A stretch of 28,726 bases of DNA from a virus (Duplodnaviria > Caudoviricetes): positions 1 through 28,726 of the IMG/VR virus record IMGVR_UViG_3300049167_000044, one strand, 5' to 3'. The translations under genes and the position numbers were made by a program. Within the stretch, counting starts at the first letter, position 1; each line of letters starts with the position of its first letter. The notes under the pieces were generated by a model. That model was not told the DNA's origin. It made no database searches and saw nothing but the letters and a program-made list of their open reading frames with translations. Below, in pieces: positions 24,858 through 28,726 of this stretch.

Positions 24858-24891
24858 CTCCCAGCAGGACTCTCACAGAACGGACACCGCC

Positions 24892-25164
24892 ATGACCTCG
24901 CACCTGCCCACCTCCGGCGACGTCGAGACCGTCGTCAAGACCGCCAGCACCTACGCCAAGGACCTCGCCGAGCGCGTCGTCTGGACCGGGCTCACCGCCT
25001 CCGCCGGTGTAGCCATCGCGGCCGGGCCAGCGGACATGTTCCGCGCCTCGTTCTGGGAGGCCGTCGGCGTCGCCGCCATAGCCGCCAGCGGATCCCTCGT
25101 GAAGGGCCTCATCGCGCGGTTCATCGGCTCGAAGAACAGCGCCTCCACCGCCTCGGGCGTGTAG
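24892..25164 (+). CDS. Holin (r1t-like)
   Basis: Y.KDLAER...T; two hydrophobic helices; SL.KGL.A...G....AS; follows the lysin. Confidence 0.85.
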   Translation: MTSHLPTSGDVETVVKTASTYAKDLAERVVWTGLTASAGVAIAAGPADMFRASFWEAVGVAAIAASGSLVKGLIARFIGSKNSASTASGV

Positions 25165-25608
25165 GTGACGTGCCGTGCGGCCCGGCGGCTGCGCCAGCAC
25201 CTGGGCCGCCGCGGCCAGTTCCTCCTCATCCTCGGTGTCGGTAAGACCTGCTGGGGCATCTCCTTCCTGGTCGACCCCCCAAGCACTGAAGGGCTCCGGC
25301 TCCTGACCAGCCTGTGCGACATCAGACACTGGTCATGGCTGTGGATCATCGCCGGACTCGTCACCGCCAGCAGCGCCTTCCTCCGCGTCGGCCGCGACTG
25401 GTTCGGGTTCGTCGCCGCACTGATTCCGCCGTCAGTGTGGGCCATCGCGCATCTCGCCGCCGTCATCGTCGGCGACTACTCCCGCGGCGGCTTCGTCGCG
25501 GTCTGGTACCTGACCTCCCACGTGGGGGTCATCTGTTGGGCCGCAACGGTGCCCGAATTCTCGGTCCCCCCAGCCCCGCGGCGCGCCCGGAAGGTAGAGG
25601 GCGGATGA
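25165..25608 (+). CDS. Multi-pass membrane protein of the lysis region
   Basis: LGRRG.FL..LG followed by about four hydrophobic segments. Confidence 0.8.
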   Translation: MTCRAARRLRQHLGRRGQFLLILGVGKTCWGISFLVDPPSTEGLRLLTSLCDIRHWSWLWIIAGLVTASSAFLRVGRDWFGFVAALIPPSVWAIAHLAAVIVGDYSRGGFVAVWYLTSHVGVICWAATVPEFSVPPAPRRARKVEGG

Positions 25609-25988
25609 ACGTGGGTGAGTGGGCGGCCGTAGCGACGGCGGCCGGGACCGTGCTGGGGGGCGGCGGCTGGTTCGTCGCCCGAGCCACTGTGCGAGCAGCC
25701 CAAGTCACAGCCAGGGCGCAAGAGGCCACGGCCGCAGCGACCGCGGCGGCGGCTCGCGCCACAGCTGCACCGGCGCAGCAGGCCGCCGACTTCGCCGTGC
25801 TCCAGGCCACCGTGAAACGCGTCGACGAGGAGAACGGCTCCCTGCGCGGCCGGGTGTTCCGCTGCGAGTCGTTGATCCGGGCCTTTTCCTGGACGGTCGA
25901 CGAGCTGTACCGGTGGGCCCGTGACCCTGTCGGCACGCCCCCCGCCCCGCATCCCCTGGTGGAGGAGTACAACCGAACTGGAGTGTGA
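25605..25988 (+). CDS. Membrane-anchored coiled-coil protein of the lysis region (127 aa)
   Basis: ATGA overlap; hydrophobic N-terminus, Ala-rich helix, coiled coil, PPAP tail. Confidence 0.78.
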   Translation: MNVGEWAAVATAAGTVLGGGGWFVARATVRAAQVTARAQEATAAATAAAARATAAPAQQAADFAVLQATVKRVDEENGSLRGRVFRCESLIRAFSWTVDELYRWARDPVGTPPAPHPLVEEYNRTGV

Positions 25989-25989
25989 C

Positions 25990-26124
25990 GTGACGGAAGT
26001 CCCCGCAGAACGGCCCGCGGCCCGACGGCTCGACCCCGGCGCGGCCGACGTCGACGCGCAGGTCGACCTCGGCTGGCGCGAGCCCGACCCCGAACCGCCG
26101 GCCCCCGAGTCGGAGAGTGAGTAG
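25990..26124 (+). CDS. Small acidic, Pro-rich hypothetical protein (44 aa)
   Basis: GTG 1 nt after the previous stop, GGAG RBS, high GC3, ends just before a terminator. Confidence 0.55.
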   Translation: MTEVPAERPAARRLDPGAADVDAQVDLGWREPDPEPPAPESESE

Positions 26125-26128
26125 CGGA

Positions 26129-26155
26129 GCCCCCACCGCCACGGGCGGTGGGGGC
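26129..26155. terminator. Terminator ending the late operon, probably bidirectional
   Basis: GCCCCCACCGCC pairs with GGCGGTGGGGGC, followed by CTTCGTCGTTT; lies between convergent genes. Confidence 0.8.
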
Positions 26156-26165
26156 CTTCGTCGTT

Positions 26166-26534
26166 TCAACGCTTGCCGAGCCACCTTCGGACGGCCATGC
26201 GGTCGATACCAGCTTGCTGCGCGAACCCGGCTTCGGTGGCGTCACCGTTACCGATGCGGGTAACGCCGACCCGTCGCAGGGCGACGAGGGCCTTGCGCTC
26301 GGCAATGCGGGCGGCGGTGCGCTCGGCGGCAAGTTCGGCGATGAGGTTCTCGGGGACCTCAGTCATGAGTCGGTAGGCGGCAGTGAGCGCGGCCTCGCGG
26401 TCGTCGCGGTCGTCCTCGCCGGGGTACTGCTCTTCGATCTCGTCAGCGGTGTGGAGGAGTTCGTCGATCTGGTCCTCGGTGAGTCCGTGGTCGTCGCCGA
26501 GCCAGGCGAGGATCTCGTGGCGTTGGGTGGTCAT
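26166..26534 (-). CDS. Protein with a C-terminal HTH (122 aa)
   Basis: TEAGFAQQAGIDRMAVRRWLGK HTH pattern; AAGGA RBS. Confidence 0.8.
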   Translation of the reverse strand: MTTQRHEILAWLGDDHGLTEDQIDELLHTADEIEEQYPGEDDRDDREAALTAAYRLMTEVPENLIAELAAERTAARIAERKALVALRRVGVTRIGNGDATEAGFAQQAGIDRMAVRRWLGKR

Positions 26535-26544
26535 CTGACGTTCC

Positions 26545-26967
26545 TTACGCGTAGTCGTAGATGGCGTGCTGGGTGCGGCGCTCGCGGGTCAGGTTGGCGA
26601 TCTCGCTGCGCAACCAAGTGGCAACGTCGTTCCACTGCGCGTGGGAGATGCGCACGCCGGCCGGGTTGATGAAGGCGCCGACGTTGTGGGCTTCGACGTG
26701 GGCGAGGGCGTTGCACAGGCCAGCGGCGGAGCCGACGTAGCTTGCCTGCGCAACTTCCTGCCAGATGGCGATGTCGAGGTCGCGACTACGGGCCGGGGTG
26801 GAGCGGGCGGTCTTCATCTGGCCGATGACGATACGGGCGGCGAGGGAAGAGGCGTCGATGATCCAGCGTCCGGCCTGCTTGACGGCAGCGACGGCGCCGA
26901 TCCGGCACCAGGTGCGGATGGTGGCGACGGTGACCTTGGCTTCGGTTGCAGCAGCGGTGGTGTTCAT
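26545..26967 (-). CDS. Protein with an N-terminal excisionase-like (HTH_17) domain (140 aa)
   Basis: MNTTAAATEAKVTVATIRTWCRIGAVAAVKQAGRWIID..SL; GAGGGAGG RBS. Confidence 0.82.
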   Translation of the reverse strand: MNTTAAATEAKVTVATIRTWCRIGAVAAVKQAGRWIIDASSLAARIVIGQMKTARSTPARSRDLDIAIWQEVAQASYVGSAAGLCNALAHVEAHNVGAFINPAGVRISHAQWNDVATWLRSEIANLTRERRTQHAIYDYA

Positions 26968-26986
26968 GGGGTTCCCTCCCTCGATC

Positions 26987-27026
26987 TGTAGACCACTCTA
27001 CAGGGAGGGGTGTAGTCCTGTCTACA
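26987..27026 (-). promoter_or_regulatory. Promoter overlapped by two palindromic operators, TGTAG-N6-CTACA
   Basis: Operators at 26987-27002 and 27011-27026. Minus strand reads TAGACA (27024-27019), 18 bp, TAGAGT (27000-26995). Confidence 0.7.
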
Positions 27027-27097
27027 GGGCTAGCGTAGCGTTCCCTTCGGTTCCGCCAGCTGATCAGGAGCCACCCGCGATACCTGGCCTAGCGAGG

Positions 27098-27196
27098 GTG
27101 TCCGCAAACGAACGTCTGTCGACACTCGGGGTGTCTACGACATCGCTACAGCACCGATTTGACGAGAACTCGTGTCCTTAACTATGTCGCGCAAAC
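27098..27196. other. res-like recombination site with three subsites
   Basis: Three imperfect dyads each starting GTGTC: 27098-27125 (28 bp, ends GACAC), 27131-27169 and 27172-27196 (25 bp). They lie directly upstream of the resolvase. Confidence 0.6.
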
Positions 27197-27220
27197 CCCC
27201 CTTACCGCTACGCTCGGCTC

Positions 27221-27790
27221 ATGAGAATCGGATACGGCCGGGTCTCCACCCGCGACCAGAACCCCGACGCCCAGGAGGACGCCCTCACCGCCGCCGGCTG
27301 CGACCGCATCTTCATCGACAAGGCGTCTGGCAAGCTCGCCTCGCGGCCCGAACTCGACAAGGCCCTGCTGACGGCACGGGAAGGCGACCAGTTCGTCATC
27401 ACCAAGCTCGACCGCCTCGGCCGATCCACCAAGAACCTGCTCGAACTCTCCGAGCACCTCCGCTCCCACGGGGTCACCCTCGTCGTCCTCGACCAGGGCA
27501 TCGACACCTCCAACCCCGCCGGCCGCCTCTTCTTCACCATCATCGGGGCCATCGCCGAGTTCGAGCACTCGATGATGGTCGAGCGCACCCACGACGGCCT
27601 CGCCGCCGCCCGGGCCCGCGGCAGGGTCGGCGGAAGGAAGAAGGCCCTGCGCCCCCGCCAAGTCGAGCTCGCGCAGCGGATGTACGACGAGCTCGGCGAA
27701 GACGGCAAGCGCAAGCACACCGTGCAGGACATCGCCGACGAACTCGGAGTCGCCCGCACCACCATCTACCGCTACCTGGAGCGTGCATGA
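27221..27790 (+). CDS. Small serine recombinase (resolvase/invertase family)
   Basis: IGYGRVST.DQ; DKASGK...RPEL; VITKLDRLGRS; IAEFE....ERT..GLAAARARGR.GGR; C-terminal HTH IA.ELGV.RTTIYRYL. Confidence 0.96.
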   Translation: MRIGYGRVSTRDQNPDAQEDALTAAGCDRIFIDKASGKLASRPELDKALLTAREGDQFVITKLDRLGRSTKNLLELSEHLRSHGVTLVVLDQGIDTSNPAGRLFFTIIGAIAEFEHSMMVERTHDGLAAARARGRVGGRKKALRPRQVELAQRMYDELGEDGKRKHTVQDIADELGVARTTIYRYLERA

Positions 27791-28134
27791 ACGGGTCACC
27801 CGAGGACTGGGCCCGCTTGGGTGCGGCACTGCGAGCAGCCCGTCAGTACCGCGGATTCTCCCAGGGCGAAGTTGCCGAGCAGGCTCAGGTCTCTCTGGTC
27901 AGCGTGCAGAACGCAGAGGCCGGCCGGCCACCGCGCGCCCGCATGCCCTACACGCTCGCCCCGACCGCACGGGTGCTGGGCTGGCCAGCTGGAACCGTCG
28001 ACGAGGTGCTCCGCGGCGGACCTGTCCCATCAGTCGATGAAGCGGCGAACCTGGTGCAGCGCATTCAACGGCTGACCCCGAAGCAGCGGGCGGCCATCAC
28101 GGCTCTCCTCGAGGCATTCGAGGCCAGCGAGTAG
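27787..28134 (+). CDS. XRE-family HTH transcriptional regulator (115 aa)
   Basis: ATGA overlap with the resolvase; W.RLG.ALR.AR...G.SQ.EVA..A.VS...V.N.E.G; LGW..G. Confidence 0.88.
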   Translation: MNGSPEDWARLGAALRAARQYRGFSQGEVAEQAQVSLVSVQNAEAGRPPRARMPYTLAPTARVLGWPAGTVDEVLRGGPVPSVDEAANLVQRIQRLTPKQRAAITALLEAFEASE

Positions 28135-28230
28135 GGGAACGTTATGCGCTGCCTCCTAAGTCAGGAGGCAGTTAGGAGGTCCCGCTGACGGACCACCTGC
28201 CACACTGAGACCACACCGCGAGGAGGCCAG

Positions 28231-28419
28231 GTGAGGAACCGCATCAGAGTCGCTGTGGCAGACCGGCTGGAGGAGATCGGCCGCGAAGTGCAGCCCTGGC
28301 TCCCGCGTACAGATCTGCGCCGTTCGGTAGTGCCGCCAACCGCTGAGGAGCTTCCCGGCGTACTGGCTCGACTGCGCCGCGACATGAGCCTCGGCAACCC
28401 GGACATCAACCACCGCTAG
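28231..28419 (+). CDS. Small hypothetical protein (62 aa)
   Basis: AGGAGG RBS, GTG start, followed by a strong hairpin. Confidence 0.55.
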   Translation: MRNRIRVAVADRLEEIGREVQPWLPRTDLRRSVVPPTAEELPGVLARLRRDMSLGNPDINHR

Positions 28420-28429
28420 CCCCCTTTCG

Positions 28430-28463
28430 AACGCCCCCGCAGCCGGTCGGCTGCGGGGGCGTT
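28430..28463. terminator. Strong terminator hairpin
   Basis: AACGCCCCCGCAGCCG pairs with CGGCTGCGGGGGCGTT. Confidence 0.8.
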
Positions 28464-28726
28464 GTCGTGTGGGGTCAGCCCCAGATGGGATCACGCCGCA
28501 TGTCGCCTCCTCGGTATGGGTGCGGCCGCCGCGCGTCCCGAAGGACCCTGCCCCGGAGGGTGGTTGCGAACTGCGGTGGCCGCGTGGAAACGGTAGACCC
28601 GCTTCCGCGCTCGTGTCAGCCCCTCGGACGGCATGGATCTTTTTCGGTCACGAGCCTGTTCCGCTGGCTGGTTTGGGGTGCATGCTGTTCGCAGGTCGAC
28701 AGCCCACCCCCAGGCGGGCGTCGCCC

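Larger units (their letters stand above)
629..26155 (+). mobile_element. Morphogenesis and lysis module of an actinobacterial siphovirus (prophage or phage-plasmid); element boundaries not visible
   Basis: Canonical gene order, intact frames and coupled start/stop codons throughout. Confidence 0.95.

Noticed and set aside
20942-27790. Invertase-driven tail-fibre switching (Gin/Cin-type shufflon)
   Set aside because: The recombinase is Hin-like, but all tail genes share one orientation. I saw no inverted spare cassette or paired crossover sites; the GTCCGCAA match at 21251 is only 8 bp.
28491-28724. Open minus-strand frame running off the window end, and a tiny MRRDPIWG ORF with a GAGGAGG RBS
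   Set aside because: Codon bias is poor and there are no recognisable motifs; it cannot be supported without flanking sequence.
1-28726. CRISPR array, tRNA, DGR, integrase/att sites, in-frame TTA (bldA) codons
   Set aside because: None seen by eye: no spaced repeats, cloverleaf, reverse transcriptase or integrase. The TTA strings I checked were out of frame. The scan was not exhaustive.

Overview
High-GC (Streptomyces-like) temperate siphophage region. It holds a complete, apparently intact HK97-type late operon on the + strand: HNH nuclease, probable cos, TerS/TerL, portal fused to a MuF domain, prohead protease, major capsid, head-tail joining genes, Ig-bearing major tail protein, frameshifted tail chaperones, SLT-bearing tape measure, CBM-bearing Dit, Tal and two paralogous minor tail proteins, then a lysis cassette. 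Small regulatory or accessory genes flank it, including a Tn3/Hin-type small serine recombinase with a three-subsite res-like region. The most notable signals are: (1) a canonical C CCA AAA slippery heptamer plus hairpin at the portal/MuF junction, predicting portal-only and portal-MuF products; (2) a signal-less D-glucuronyl C5-epimerase-family gene between the tail genes and the endolysin; (3) a perfect H-type pseudoknot right after the major tail stop codon; (4) an Sm/LSm-like small protein between TerL and portal; (5) an internal start in the endolysin. All family calls come from motif recognition by eye; no searches were run.
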